Shown one piece after another: positions 32,119 to 42,837 of a stretch of DNA of 64,000 nucleotides (positions within the stretch are counted from its first letter, which is position 1; every line of letters begins with the position of its first letter). Position numbers and translations under genes: made by a program. The notes under the pieces are model-generated. The model saw only the letters and a list, made by a program, of their open reading frames with translations. It was not told the DNA's origin and made no database searches. Where the stretch lies: positions 5,615 through 69,614 of the forward strand of contig CACFZB010000001.1 of assembly GCA_902570715.1 (NCBI GenBank). The letters are read 5' to 3'. Origin of the DNA: an uncultured Pelagibacteraceae bacterium (GTDB lineage: Bacteria; Pseudomonadota; Alphaproteobacteria; Pelagibacterales; Pelagibacteraceae).

Positions 32119-33381
32119 ATGAGTGATCACGAATACAATCCTAAATCAAAATTTGGAAAATGGTTTAACGACCGCTTACCACTTCTAACACTTGCTAATC
32201 ATCTTACAGATTATCCAACACCAAAAAATTTAAATTATTGGTGGACATTTGGTGGAATTTTAACTTTTTGTTTAATTACACAAATTGTTACAGGCTTGGT
32301 TTTAGCTATGCATTATATTGCTCATGCAGATATGGCATTTGATAGTGTTGAACATATTATGAGGGATGTAAATTATGGGTGGCTAATTAGATATATTCAT
32401 GCAAATGGTGCATCAATGTTTTTTTTAGCAGTTTATATTCATATATTTAGATCTTTGTTTTATGGTTCATATAAAGCTCCAAGAGAAATTATATGGATTA
32501 TAGGTATTATTATTTATCTTTTAATGATGGCAGCGGCATTTATGGGCTATGTTCTTCCGTGGGGTCAAATGAGCTTTTGGGGAGCGACAGTAATTACAAA
32601 TTTATTTAGCGCAATCCCTTTAGTTGGAGAAGGTATAGTTACTTGGTTGTGGGGTGGTTACTCAGTCGATAATCCAACACTGACAAGATTTTTCACACTT
32701 CATTATTTGATACCATTTTTAATATTAGGTTTAGTTGTTCTTCATATTTGGGCATTACATGTACCTGGTAATAATAACCCTGTTGGTATAGATATAAAAA
32801 AACCATCAAAAGACACTGTCCCTTTCCACCCGTATATAGTAATAAAAGATGGCTTTGCTTTGTTGATGTTTATGATAGTTTTTGCTTTCTTTGTTTTCTA
32901 TACACCAAATATTTTAGGCCATGCAGATAACTATATTGAAGCTGATCCATTAGTAACTCCAGCTCATATTGTACCAGAATGGTACTTATTACCTTTTTAT
33001 GCTATTTTAAGATCAGTACCAGATAAGTTATTAGGTGTTATTGCGATGCTTTCAGCTATTTTTATTTTGGCAGCTCTTCCATGGTTGGATACATCTAAAA
33101 TCAGATCGGCAGTATTTAGACCTTTATACAGACAGTTTTACTGGATCTTAGTCGCTGATGTTTTAATTCTAGGTTACGTGGGTGCAATGCCAGCAGAAGG
33201 ATTATATTTATTGATAGCTAGAGTAGCTACTGCATACTATTTTTTACATTTCTTAGTGATATTACCTGTACTTGGGTTTAAAGAAAAAACTTTACCATTA
33301 CCTATAAGTATTACCGAGCCTGTTCTAGGTGGTTCTCCAAATTTAGCTGCAGCGAAAAATAGAGAAGGTTTAAAGGAATAA
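32119..33381 (+). CDS. petB: Cytochrome b
   Basis: [30 protein letters not shown]. Confidence 0.98.
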   Translation: MSDHEYNPKSKFGKWFNDRLPLLTLANHLTDYPTPKNLNYWWTFGGILTFCLITQIVTGLVLAMHYIAHADMAFDSVEHIMRDVNYGWLIRYIHANGASMFFLAVYIHIFRSLFYGSYKAPREIIWIIGIIIYLLMMAAAFMGYVLPWGQMSFWGATVITNLFSAIPLVGEGIVTWLWGGYSVDNPTLTRFFTLHYLIPFLILGLVVLHIWALHVPGNNNPVGIDIKKPSKDTVPFHPYIVIKDGFALLMFMIVFAFFVFYTPNILGHADNYIEADPLVTPAHIVPEWYLLPFYAILRSVPDKLLGVIAMLSAIFILAALPWLDTSKIRSAVFRPLYRQFYWILVADVLILGYVGAMPAEGLYLLIARVATAYYFLHFLVILPVLGFKEKTLPLPISITEPVLGGSPNLAAAKNREGLKE

Positions 33382-34161
33382 GTGAAAAAATTTTCTAGAA
33401 TAATTTTTTTAATAATTTTAATTACGTGTTTTCAATATAATTCTAATGCTGCTGAAAAAGTAGAGTATTTAAAAACTGACTGGAGTTTTAAAGGTCTTTT
33501 TGGAAAGTTTGATCGTGCATCACTTCAAAGAGGCTATCAAGTCTATACAGAGGTGTGCTCATCGTGTCATTCTATGAAGTATTTAAGTTACAGGAATTTA
33601 ACGGAAAAAGGTGGCCCAGAATTTACAGAGGCAGAAGCAAAAGCAATTGCCGCATCTTTTGAGGTTAAAGATGGACCAAATTCGGATGGTGATATGTTCA
33701 CAAGACCTGGAAAGTTATCTGATAAATTTGTAATGCCATATGATAATGTTAAAGCTGCACAATCTGCAAATGGTGGAGCTTATCCTCCAGATATGTCAGT
33801 ACTAGTTAAAGCGAGAGGAGGTGGTGTGGATTATATTTATTCTCTTCTTCAAGGATATGAAGATCCACCTATTGGAATTACTTTAGATGATGGAGTTTAT
33901 TACAACAAATTTATGTACGGTAATAAAATTAAAATGGCTAACCAATTATCAGATGGTTTAGTAGAGTATTCGGATGGAACAAACGCAACTGTTGAGCAAA
34001 TGTCCAAAGATGTGACAACATTTTTAATGTGGGCAGCAGAGCCTCATTTAGAGGCAAGGCATAAAATGGGTTTTAAAGCTATTGTTTATCTAATTATTCT
34101 TACAACGTTAGTTTATTTCAGCATGAAAAGAATTTGGTCACGTGTTAAAACGGAAGTTTAA
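33382..34161 (+). CDS. petC: Cytochrome c1
   Basis: QRGYQVY, CSSCH, PPDMS, WAAEP, C-terminal TM; GTG start. Confidence 0.96.
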   Translation: MKKFSRIIFLIILITCFQYNSNAAEKVEYLKTDWSFKGLFGKFDRASLQRGYQVYTEVCSSCHSMKYLSYRNLTEKGGPEFTEAEAKAIAASFEVKDGPNSDGDMFTRPGKLSDKFVMPYDNVKAAQSANGGAYPPDMSVLVKARGGGVDYIYSLLQGYEDPPIGITLDDGVYYNKFMYGNKIKMANQLSDGLVEYSDGTNATVEQMSKDVTTFLMWAAEPHLEARHKMGFKAIVYLIILTTLVYFSMKRIWSRVKTEV

Positions 34162-35211
34162 TACATCCCCATCTTTTATGATATAGTCTTTGCCTTCTAA
34201 TCTCATTTTTCCGTTTGTCTTAGAGTTTAACCATCCTTCATTAGCAATAAAATCATCATAAGAAACTGTTTCGGCTCTTATAAAACCTTTTTCAAAATCA
34301 GTATGAATTTCACCAGCAGCTTTCGGAGCTTTACAATTTTTTTGAATAGTCCATGCTCTTGTCTCTTCAGGACCTGATGTAAAGAAAGTATCTAATTCAA
34401 GAATTTTATATCCTTTTTGTATTAAAAGATCTAATCCTGTTTCTTTTAAACCTATCATATCCATATAGTTTTTCTTTTCATCTTTTTCTAATTGATTAAT
34501 TTGATTTTCTATATCAGCAGAAATAATTAGAGTATTTTCTTCTCCATATTTGTCTATAAAATTTTTTGTGTATATATTTCCTTTTTGAACACTTTGCTCA
34601 TCCACATTACAAACAAATATTTTTGGTTTTAATGAGAGTAGACCGCTTTGGTTAAGAATTTTTTTATCATACTGAGATCTTAAAATCTCTATATTTTTCT
34701 CATTATTGATACAGTCCAAGGCTATCTCTAGTATATTAATTTGATCATCATCTATATTTTTTTTATTATTTTTTTCTAATCTTTTTTGAATAGACTCTAG
34801 GTCTGCCAGCATCATTTCTGTTTCAATAATCTCAAGATCTCTTACTGGGTTAACATCTGGATTTACATTCTGAATATCATCCGAGTCAAAACATCTGATT
34901 AAGTGAATGATTGCATCAACTTCTCTTATATGAGACAGAAATTTATTACCTAGTCCTTCACCTTTTGAAGCACCTTTAACCAAGCCTGCAATATCGACAA
35001 ATGAAATAGTTGTGTTTATTATTTTTTTTGAGCTAGATATTTTTGCAAGATTGTCAATTCTGTAATCAGGGACTGCAACAATTCCAACATTCGGATCAAT
35101 AGTGCAAAAAGGAAAGTTTGCAGCTTGAGCTTTACTAGAGTTTGTCACCGCATTGAATAATGTAGATTTACCAACATTTGGTAAACCAACAATTCCACAC
35201 TTAAAACTCAT
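34138..35211 (-). CDS. ychF: Obg-family ATPase YchF
   Basis: GLPNVGKS, ANFPFCTIDPN, DIAGLV, GFIRAE. Confidence 0.97.
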   Translation of the reverse strand: MSFKCGIVGLPNVGKSTLFNAVTNSSKAQAANFPFCTIDPNVGIVAVPDYRIDNLAKISSSKKIINTTISFVDIAGLVKGASKGEGLGNKFLSHIREVDAIIHLIRCFDSDDIQNVNPDVNPVRDLEIIETEMMLADLESIQKRLEKNNKKNIDDDQINILEIALDCINNEKNIEILRSQYDKKILNQSGLLSLKPKIFVCNVDEQSVQKGNIYTKNFIDKYGEENTLIISADIENQINQLEKDEKKNYMDMIGLKETGLDLLIQKGYKILELDTFFTSGPEETRAWTIQKNCKAPKAAGEIHTDFEKGFIRAETVSYDDFIANEGWLNSKTNGKMRLEGKDYIIKDGDVLNFRFNT

Positions 35212-35771
35212 TATTTATTATTTACAGTACTTGAAAAAAGATCTAGTTTTTTTTCAACAAGAATTGACATCGACTCTATAATATTTTTTGAAATTTTTTC
35301 AATACCTTGTACTTCATCTTCATCAAAGTTTTGTAAGACATAATCAGCAATTTCTATATTGTTTTTAGGTTTACCTATGCCAACCCTTACCCTTGAATAG
35401 TCCTTACCAATAAATTTATCAATTGAAGCAATACCATTATGACCAGCGTTTGATCCTCCAAATTTAGCTTTAATTTTTCCAAATTCTAAGTCAAGATCAT
35501 CATGAAAAACAACTACATCGTTAGCATCAATTTTAAAGTATTCTATTAATTCTCTAATACAAATCCCCGAATTATTCATAAAGGTTAAAGGCTTAATCGC
35601 GTAAACTTTTGTATTTCCAATATTACCAGTTGTAAGCAAACCTTTAAATTTTGGTTTTTGTTTTGACAAGCTGAATTCTTTATTAATCTTATCTATAATT
35701 TTAAATCCAACATTGTGTCTGTTATTTTCGCTATCAGGTGTTGGATTGCCGAGACCTACAAATAAAAGCAT
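35211..35771 (-). CDS. pth: Peptidyl-tRNA hydrolase
   Basis: GLGNP, RHNVGF, KPLTFMNNSG, HDDLD, GHNG. Confidence 0.96.
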   Translation of the reverse strand: MLLFVGLGNPTPDSENNRHNVGFKIIDKINKEFSLSKQKPKFKGLLTTGNIGNTKVYAIKPLTFMNNSGICIRELIEYFKIDANDVVVFHDDLDLEFGKIKAKFGGSNAGHNGIASIDKFIGKDYSRVRVGIGKPKNNIEIADYVLQNFDEDEVQGIEKISKNIIESMSILVEKKLDLFSSTVNNK

Positions 35772-35803
35772 AAGTAATTTAGGATAAATTCAATTCTTTT
35801 TGA

Positions 35804-36535
35804 TTATTTTTTTTCTTCAGAGGGCTTTTTATCAGTAGATTTTTTATCATCACCATCTTTTTTTTCACCCTCAGTAGCCGGTTTATCTCCATCAGCTGCA
35901 GCTGCCGCCTCTGTACCTTCAGCACCTTCTTCACCCTCAGTGGCTTCTGCTTCTGCAGGTTTTTCTGGTTCTTTCATGACTGTTGGCGCTGCCAAAGTTG
36001 CAATTACAAAGTCTCTTCCTTGAATTGTAGGAACTACATCTGCATCTAATTTGATTGATGAAATTTTAAAGCTTTCACCAATATCTACACCATCAAGATT
36101 AATAGTTAAATTTTCGGGGATTTTCTCACTTGGACATTTTAATTCAACTTTTCTTCTAACTATATTTAAAACACCACCTCGTTTAAGTCCTGGAGACTTT
36201 TCATGATTAATAAAATTAACAGGCACTTCTATTTTAATCTTTACTCCAGGTAAAACCCTTAAAAAATCAACGTGAGTAGGTTCATCACTAATTATATGAT
36301 ATTTTACTTCCCTCGGTAAAACATTCTGATCTTTTCCATCAACTTTTAATGTAATTATGTTTGATAAAAAGTTTTCTTTATCAATTAAAAATTTAAGTAA
36401 TTTTTTAGAAATTGTTATCTTTTGATTTTCTTCTTTTCCACCATAAATTATTGCAGGAACATCCCCACTTTCTCTAATTTTAGTTAATTGACCTTTTGTG
36501 GTGTTATTACGTGTGCTTGCTTCTAAAGAATTCAT
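35804..36535 (-). CDS. rplY: 50S ribosomal protein L25/Ctc with charged low-complexity tail
   Basis: VPAIIYGG, HVDF, PGLKRGGVLN. Confidence 0.95.
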   Translation of the reverse strand: MNSLEASTRNNTTKGQLTKIRESGDVPAIIYGGKEENQKITISKKLLKFLIDKENFLSNIITLKVDGKDQNVLPREVKYHIISDEPTHVDFLRVLPGVKIKIEVPVNFINHEKSPGLKRGGVLNIVRRKVELKCPSEKIPENLTINLDGVDIGESFKISSIKLDADVVPTIQGRDFVIATLAAPTVMKEPEKPAEAEATEGEEGAEGTEAAAAADGDKPATEGEKKDGDDKKSTDKKPSEEKK

Positions 36536-36578
36536 AAGTCACAGGGTTTTAACCCATGTTGATAAATAATCAAGGTAA

Positions 36579-37511
36579 TTATTTGAATAAATCAGACACC
36601 GAAGTCGAGTTTGAGATTCTTTTAATCGCTTCTCCCATAAGACCAGAAATTGGCAAAACTTCTATATTTTTTACATTTTTTGTTCTATTCAAATTATCAA
36701 TAGTGTCTGTAATTACTAAATTTTTTATAACAGAGCTCTTAATTTTTTTAACTGCCTCACCACTTAAAACGCCATGAGTAATATAAACATAAACCTCTTT
36801 AGCTCCTCTTTCTTTTAATGCCTTTGCAGCATTTACTATTGTTCCACCAGAATCAATTATATCATCAACTACAATACATGTTTTACCCTTTACATCTCCA
36901 ACTACATTCATAACTTGTGATTGTCCTGGTTTTGGTCTTCTTTTATCAACAATTGCAAGACCAACATTCAAAATTTTTCCAAGAGCTCTTGCTCTTTCAG
37001 TTCCCCCAACATCTGGAGCTACACAAATCATATTTTTACTTTTAATCTTTTTTTTAATATGTCTTGCGAAGATGGGAGTTGCGAAAAGATTGTCAACTGG
37101 AATATCAAAAAAACCTTGAATTTGTCCTGCGTGTAAGTCTACAGTTACTACTCTGTCTGCACCCGCTTTAGTAATAAGATTAGAAACGAGTTTTGCTGAA
37201 ATTGAAGTTCTTGGAACAACTTTTCTGTCTTGTCTAGCATACCCAAAATAAGGAATAACAGCAGTGATATTTTTTGCCGAAGATCTCTTAAGAGCATCAA
37301 TACAAAGTAATAATTCCATAAGATTGTCATTTGCAGGTGATGAAATAGATTGAATAATAAATATGCTATTACCTCTAATATTTTCATTTATCTCTATGTA
37401 AATTTCACCATCAGAAAATTTTCTGATGCTTGAATTAACAATTTTGGTTTTTAAATATTTAGCAATATTTTTGCTTAAAGCTTTATTGCTATTTCCTGTT
37501 AATAATTTCAT
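36579..37511 (-). CDS. prs: Ribose-phosphate pyrophosphokinase
   Basis: [36 protein letters not shown]. Confidence 0.97.
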   Translation of the reverse strand: MKLLTGNSNKALSKNIAKYLKTKIVNSSIRKFSDGEIYIEINENIRGNSIFIIQSISSPANDNLMELLLCIDALKRSSAKNITAVIPYFGYARQDRKVVPRTSISAKLVSNLITKAGADRVVTVDLHAGQIQGFFDIPVDNLFATPIFARHIKKKIKSKNMICVAPDVGGTERARALGKILNVGLAIVDKRRPKPGQSQVMNVVGDVKGKTCIVVDDIIDSGGTIVNAAKALKERGAKEVYVYITHGVLSGEAVKKIKSSVIKNLVITDTIDNLNRTKNVKNIEVLPISGLMGEAIKRISNSTSVSDLFK

Positions 37512-37519
37512 TGAAAAGT

Positions 37520-38281
37520 TTAATTAATCATAATTATTGAAATATTTCTACCATAATCATCATGTTTTAGTCTTAAAGATCGTCTAGCACTAAAAAAATT
37601 ATTCTTATAATCAAAAGTATCTATATTTATGTGGTCTATATTTGAGATTTTGTTAAATTTAAGTTGAGATTTCACGTATTCGGGTAAATTAAAATAAATC
37701 TCATTATTTTTTTTTTTAAAGAATATGCTGTTATTTTTACTCTTTTTTATAAATTTTTTAACAAAATCCTCTTTTACATTATAACTTTTTTGAGAGATGC
37801 AAGGACCAATTGCAGCATGAAGATTTTTTACTTTACTGCCTTTAAGTAACATAAATTTTATTACTTTATTGATAATACCTTTGTAAGCACCTTTCCAACC
37901 TGCATGAATTGCTGCAATGATTTTTGAGACACTATCATAAATCAATATTGGTACACAATCAGCCGTCAAAACACCAATGGGTAGTTTTTTTTGATTAGTA
38001 ATGATAGCATCAGCTTTAATTCTTCCTTTTTTTATTTTGCTATCTTTATTAATATAAATAAATTTATTACTATGAACTTGATAAACTAAAAAGATATTTT
38101 TTGAATTATTACTCAATTTATTTTTAACAATTTTTAAATTTTTTTTTATATCATTTTTCTTGTCTTTTGATCCTTGTCCACAATTTAAGCTTTTATAAAT
38201 TCCTTTTGATTTGCCACCATTTCTATTAAAAAAACCATGTTTAATGTTTTTGAATTTTTTTAATTTTTTTGACTCAATCAT
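37520..38281 (-). CDS. pgeF: Peptidoglycan editing factor PgeF / YfiH family
   Basis: HGFF, SLNCG, QVHS, LTADCVP, HAGWKG, IGPCI, FFSARR. Confidence 0.92.
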   Translation of the reverse strand: MIESKKLKKFKNIKHGFFNRNGGKSKGIYKSLNCGQGSKDKKNDIKKNLKIVKNKLSNNSKNIFLVYQVHSNKFIYINKDSKIKKGRIKADAIITNQKKLPIGVLTADCVPILIYDSVSKIIAAIHAGWKGAYKGIINKVIKFMLLKGSKVKNLHAAIGPCISQKSYNVKEDFVKKFIKKSKNNSIFFKKKNNEIYFNLPEYVKSQLKFNKISNIDHINIDTFDYKNNFFSARRSLRLKHDDYGRNISIIMIN

Positions 38282-39326
38282 TTTCAAATCCCAAGTTAAA
38301 TTTATTATCCTTATTTTTAATCAGCATTACTTTAAATAGATTTCCCATTTGATTTTTATCTATAAGTCTTTTTAGTCTGAAAAAAATGTCAGCTTTTTTT
38401 AAAAATGAAAGGTTTTTTGAAATAATCTCAGCTCTTTGCTCAATGCCAATTTTGATTAAAAAATTTCTCTGAGTAGTAGTTATACCTTTGAGGTAATTTT
38501 TTTTTTCTATAATTCTTTTAAATAAATTAAAATTTATATTATGAGTTATATCAGAATTTCCAATATCACTTAAAATATTAGAATATTTCTGATTAGATAT
38601 AGCTTGAAGTGTATTGTTCATTTTTTTCTTTAAGGTGCCATAGTCAATTATTAACAAGCCTCCTCGATTTTTTTTTATAATTTTTGATATAATATCTATA
38701 TAATTAAACCCTAACTTGGAATATTCGATAAAATTTTGATTATTACTAATTTTAAATTTTATTTTTTTTTCAAAACTTTTCATATTAAATTTCTTATCAA
38801 AAAAAAAGGACTCTTCATTATTAATACTTACAAATCTTTCAAACCATACATTATCTATTTTAATAAATTGTTTTATTGCAATTGAGTCAAAAAATTCATT
38901 TGCTATAAAAAGTGTTGGTTTTTTTTTAATAGTGTTAAAATTAGAAAGCCAAATTATCTTATCTTTTTTGAGTTTTTCTTTTTGAATTTTTTTAAGCTTA
39001 GGACTTTTTTCAAATATAAAAATTTTACTTGAATTTAAAAAATTTGGAAAATTTTTAAAACTTTCAAGCATTACCTTCATCATTTCACCATTACCAGCAC
39101 CAAGTTCAATAAGATTAAAATTTTTTGGTGACCCTAAATTTTGCCAAAAACTTAAAATCCATATCGCTATCATTTCTGAGAATAATCTTGAAATATTTGG
39201 CGCTGTAGTAAAGTCTCCCTTTTTTCCAAAAGGGTTTTTTTTCATATAATAACCTTTTTTTTTATCGTATAGAGATAAATTAATAAATCTGTCTAATGGA
39301 ATATTAATTCTATGTTTTGATTTCAT
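38274..39326 (-). CDS. SAM-dependent methyltransferase, MidA/NDUFAF7 family
   Basis: GYY...GDFTTAP, ELGAGNG, ANEFFD, IIDYG, DITH, MGNLFKV. Confidence 0.9.
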   Translation of the reverse strand: MKSKHRINIPLDRFINLSLYDKKKGYYMKKNPFGKKGDFTTAPNISRLFSEMIAIWILSFWQNLGSPKNFNLIELGAGNGEMMKVMLESFKNFPNFLNSSKIFIFEKSPKLKKIQKEKLKKDKIIWLSNFNTIKKKPTLFIANEFFDSIAIKQFIKIDNVWFERFVSINNEESFFFDKKFNMKSFEKKIKFKISNNQNFIEYSKLGFNYIDIISKIIKKNRGGLLIIDYGTLKKKMNNTLQAISNQKYSNILSDIGNSDITHNINFNLFKRIIEKKNYLKGITTTQRNFLIKIGIEQRAEIISKNLSFLKKADIFFRLKRLIDKNQMGNLFKVMLIKNKDNKFNLGFEND

Positions 39327-40086
39327 ATTTTGTGGTTATTAAGTAAATACCAAAAATAAAAAAGATTAAACTTATAATTTGCCCCATTGTTAGACTCAAA
39401 AATAAATAACCCAATTGTTCGTCAGGAATTCTAAAAAATTCAATTACAAATCTGAACAAAGAATAAAAGATTAAAAATATACCTGATATAATCCCTGGAA
39501 ACTTTAAAAAACCCTTATTTTTAAATTGAATTAAAATTATGAATAATACTAAACCCTCAAAGGTGGCCTCGTATAACTGAGATGGATGTCTATATAAATT
39601 ATCAACTTTTAAAAATTTGACAGCCCATGGTAAATTACTTTCAGTTCCATATAATTCAGAATTTATAAAATTAGCTATCCTTCCAAAAAATATACCTATT
39701 GGTGCTACTATTGAGACAATATCTAAATAAGAATATGGATTGTGGTTATTTTTTTTTGAAAATAAAATTGTCGAAAATATAACTCCTAAAAGTCCTCCAT
39801 GAAACGACATCCCACCTTGCCAGATTTTAAAAATATCAATTATATTATTTAAATAATAGTCAATATTATAAAATAATACATAACCTAGTCTTCCACCAAT
39901 AATTATACCTAAAATCAAATATGTTAAATAATCATCAAATTTTTCTTTAATTTCTTGGTTTGTAATAAAAAATTTTTTAGCCATGTACCAACCAATTAAT
40001 ATTCCTGCAATATATGCCAAGGAATACCATCTGATCTCTAAAGTGAAAATCTGTATTGCAACTGGGTCAAAATTATTAGTGAACAT
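39310..40086 (-). CDS. lgt: Prolipoprotein diacylglyceryl transferase
   Basis: IRWYSLAY, GGRLGYVLFY, GGMSFHGG, GRIANFINSELYG, RHPSQLYEA. Confidence 0.97.
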   Translation of the reverse strand: MFTNNFDPVAIQIFTLEIRWYSLAYIAGILIGWYMAKKFFITNQEIKEKFDDYLTYLILGIIIGGRLGYVLFYNIDYYLNNIIDIFKIWQGGMSFHGGLLGVIFSTILFSKKNNHNPYSYLDIVSIVAPIGIFFGRIANFINSELYGTESNLPWAVKFLKVDNLYRHPSQLYEATFEGLVLFIILIQFKNKGFLKFPGIISGIFLIFYSLFRFVIEFFRIPDEQLGYLFLSLTMGQIISLIFFIFGIYLITTKYEIKT

Positions 40087-40135
40087 TTTTAATAATAATT
40101 ATAAGCTTAAATTATAAAAAGTAATTAAATAAAAT

Positions 40136-40384
40136 ATGAAAAACTCAAAATTTGTTATTGATAAACTTGCAAGACTATTAGAGCAAGGTATTATTTCCTC
40201 AAAAGATCTCACAAGTGAATTATTAACCATATTAAGATCGAAAAGGGATGAATTTGTATTTAAATTAAAATTAACTAGTAAAGATGAATTTGATATATTA
40301 TCTAAAAGAGTTGAAAATTTAGAAAAAAAAATTGAAATATTAAAATCAAAAAAAAAAAAGTCTAAACAGGCAAGAAAATCCTAA
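40136..40384 (+). CDS. UbiK/BMFP family accessory protein
   Basis: LKLTSKDEFDIL...VENLEKKI coiled coil; divergent from lgt as in other Alphaproteobacteria. Confidence 0.7.
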   Translation: MKNSKFVIDKLARLLEQGIISSKDLTSELLTILRSKRDEFVFKLKLTSKDEFDILSKRVENLEKKIEILKSKKKKSKQARKS

Positions 40385-41681
40385 CCCCGAGTCCATTCAT
40401 TTTTGATTTTTCTAATTTTATATTACCACCATGTGATCTAATAATGTCAGACGCAATCGATAAACCCAATCCAACACTAGATTTTGCATCTGCGCGTCCT
40501 TTATTTATTTTATAGAATGGTTTAAATACGTTTTCATACTCATTTTCTGGTATTCCAGGACCATCATCTTCAATTTTTATAAACAAATTATTGTTACTTT
40601 TAGTAAGCTCTATATTTACTTTTTTTCCATATTTTATTGCATTATTTATTAGATTATTTACGCACCTCTTAATCAAATTTTTTCTTCCATTGAAGTAAAC
40701 TCTAGGCATTAGTTTCGAAGATAGATTGTTATTATTATATTTTTCGCATATTTCATCAATTAATAGGGTTAAATTAAACATTTCATCTTTTTCTTGAAAA
40801 GATGATTTTGTGAACTGTAGATACTCATTCAACATTTTTTCCATTTCATCTATATCCTCAGATAGAGTTTTTGATAAATTACTATCCTTAATAAATGCCA
40901 GTTGTAATTTCATTCTTGTTAATGGAGTTCGTAAATCATGACTAATTCCAGATAACATTTCAGATCTTTGATTAAGATGTCTAATTATTCTTTTTCTCAT
41001 TCTATCAAACTCAAAACCTGCTTGACGTATCTCTGATGCACCAGATGGTTTGTATTCATCAATCTCTTCACCTCTACCAAATTTTTCTGCCGCTTTAGCT
41101 AGATTCGTTATTGGACGAGTTTGATTTTTAAGAAATATTAAAGAAATCATTATCATGATAATAGCTGGCACAGTTATCCATAAAGCAAATATTCGAGCTG
41201 ATGAACTTGTGACTCTATCTCTAGGAACAATAAATTTAAAATATCCCTTTTGATACCTGACTCTTAAATCAATTAACTCTTTATAATTTGTAGTGTTTAT
41301 CCAAAAATTTTCAGTTTTAAATCTTGATTTTAATTCTCTTCTTAATGTTCTGTCAATTGGGCTATACCATCTTTCCTTGTAAGTATAGTCAAAGTTATCA
41401 TCTTTTATAAATTCTATATTTAAATCCTGATATATAGAGAAAAGATTTGTTATTTCTTTTTTGTCATAGTTTTCATTATTGTATACCTCTATAAAGGTGC
41501 TTATTTCATTAACAAGTGCTTTGGTCATTCCTTTATTTGTTTTTATCCAAAGGCTATCAAAGAAAACAATTGTAATTATAAGCTGTAAGAATATAACGGG
41601 GACAGCTACAATTAATAAAGCTCTATAAAATAAAGTTTTAGGAAGAATATTTTTAATAATTTTACTCAATCCATAAAACAT
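40362..41681 (-). CDS. Sensor histidine kinase, EnvZ-like
   Basis: Two TMs, HAMP, SHDLRTPLTR, NAIKY, DDGPG, GLGL; ATG 41681 with GGAG upstream preferred. Confidence 0.92.
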   Translation of the reverse strand: MFYGLSKIIKNILPKTLFYRALLIVAVPVIFLQLIITIVFFDSLWIKTNKGMTKALVNEISTFIEVYNNENYDKKEITNLFSIYQDLNIEFIKDDNFDYTYKERWYSPIDRTLRRELKSRFKTENFWINTTNYKELIDLRVRYQKGYFKFIVPRDRVTSSSARIFALWITVPAIIMIMISLIFLKNQTRPITNLAKAAEKFGRGEEIDEYKPSGASEIRQAGFEFDRMRKRIIRHLNQRSEMLSGISHDLRTPLTRMKLQLAFIKDSNLSKTLSEDIDEMEKMLNEYLQFTKSSFQEKDEMFNLTLLIDEICEKYNNNNLSSKLMPRVYFNGRKNLIKRCVNNLINNAIKYGKKVNIELTKSNNNLFIKIEDDGPGIPENEYENVFKPFYKINKGRADAKSSVGLGLSIASDIIRSHGGNIKLEKSKMNGLGVRIFLPV

Positions 41682-42339
41682 ATCCAGCTCCTCTGATTGT
41701 TTGTAAAAATTTAGGATTTTTTGGATTCTCCTCAATTTTTTTTCTTAATCTTGTAATAATTACATCGATTGATCGTTCTTTGTCTAAATCTATTAGATTG
41801 CCAATGTATTCTCTCGAAAAAGTTTTTCCTGGATTATTAATCATTTTTTCCAAAATTATTTTTTCAGTATTATTAATTTTATTCTCTAGATCATTCTTGA
41901 TTATTAAAAGTTTATTGAGATCTATTTTGATGTTTTTGAATTCAATTACTCTTTTTTGATTAATTTTTTTTGTTTTATTAAGAATATTTTTTATTCTAAG
42001 AATTAATTCTTTTGGCTCGAATGGTTTAGGCAAATAATCGTCTGCACCTAATTCTAAACCTTCTATTCTTTCATTGGCCTCACCTTTGGCAGTTAAAAGT
42101 ATTATAGGTGTTTCAATTTTAGTCTTATTTTCTTGAATGAATTCTAGCCCATTTTTTCCTGGCATCATTATATCTAATATAATTAGATCAAATTTTATAA
42201 GTTTTATTTTTTCAAAAGCATCTTCTGCATTTTCCGCAGTACTTACAAGAAAGTCATTTTCAATTAAATATTTTTTTACTAAAGATCTAATACCATCATC
42301 ATCATCAACAACTAATATATGTGCTATCAACTTATCCAT
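41662..42339 (-). CDS. OmpR-family response regulator (PetR-like)
   Basis: VVDDD, LDIMMPG, LTAKG, DDYLPKPF, RSIDV..RLRKKIE, RGAGY. Confidence 0.93.
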   Translation of the reverse strand: MDKLIAHILVVDDDDGIRSLVKKYLIENDFLVSTAENAEDAFEKIKLIKFDLIILDIMMPGKNGLEFIQENKTKIETPIILLTAKGEANERIEGLELGADDYLPKPFEPKELILRIKNILNKTKKINQKRVIEFKNIKIDLNKLLIIKNDLENKINNTEKIILEKMINNPGKTFSREYIGNLIDLDKERSIDVIITRLRKKIEENPKNPKFLQTIRGAGYVLWIE

Positions 42340-42769
42340 TAATAATTTTATTTAATACATTGTCAAAATTAATTACCTCTTCAGAACTAGAATTAAGGAG
42401 AGCGTTATAAATTCTTTTTTTTTGAGTATCAAAAATTTCATTTGAAATTTTTTTACCTTTGTCATTAAGATAAACATGCTTTACTCTTGTGTCTTGATCA
42501 TCTTTTTCAAAAATAATTATTTCTATTTTAATAAGATCTTTAAGAACTCTATTTAAACTTTGTTTTGTAATTTTTAGTTTTTTAAGTAATTCAGAGATTG
42601 TTATACCCTCATACATAGATAAAAAATGTATAACTTTCTGATGAGCCACTCCAATAGCATATTTATCTAGGATCTTCTTAGAATCTGAAAATGTTTCTCT
42701 GTAACCTATAAATAATTTTTCAATTAAATCTTTTAATTGATCATCTTTTAGATATAAAAGTTCTTTCAT
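42332..42769 (-). CDS. MarR-family regulator (PetP-like)
   Basis: LKITKQSLNRVLKDL wHTH; marR-ompR-envZ divergent from ilvE. Confidence 0.88.
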   Translation of the reverse strand: MKELLYLKDDQLKDLIEKLFIGYRETFSDSKKILDKYAIGVAHQKVIHFLSMYEGITISELLKKLKITKQSLNRVLKDLIKIEIIIFEKDDQDTRVKHVYLNDKGKKISNEIFDTQKKRIYNALLNSSSEEVINFDNVLNKIING

Positions 42770-42784
42770 TATTGGTAAGTTATA

Positions 42785-42813
42785 TTGACATATTATAGAT
42801 ACAAAGATATTTT
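42785..42813 (+). promoter_or_regulatory. Putative sigma70 promoter of ilvE
   Basis: TTGACA-N17-TATTTT ending 24 nt before the ATG. Confidence 0.55.
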
Positions 42814-42837
42814 TCAGTAATAATTTTAATTTTCATT

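Noticed and set aside
35804-35970. Short repeat (ATEGE twice) and low-complexity tail in rplY
   Set aside because: Coding low-complexity tail common in Ctc-type L25; not a DNA repeat element
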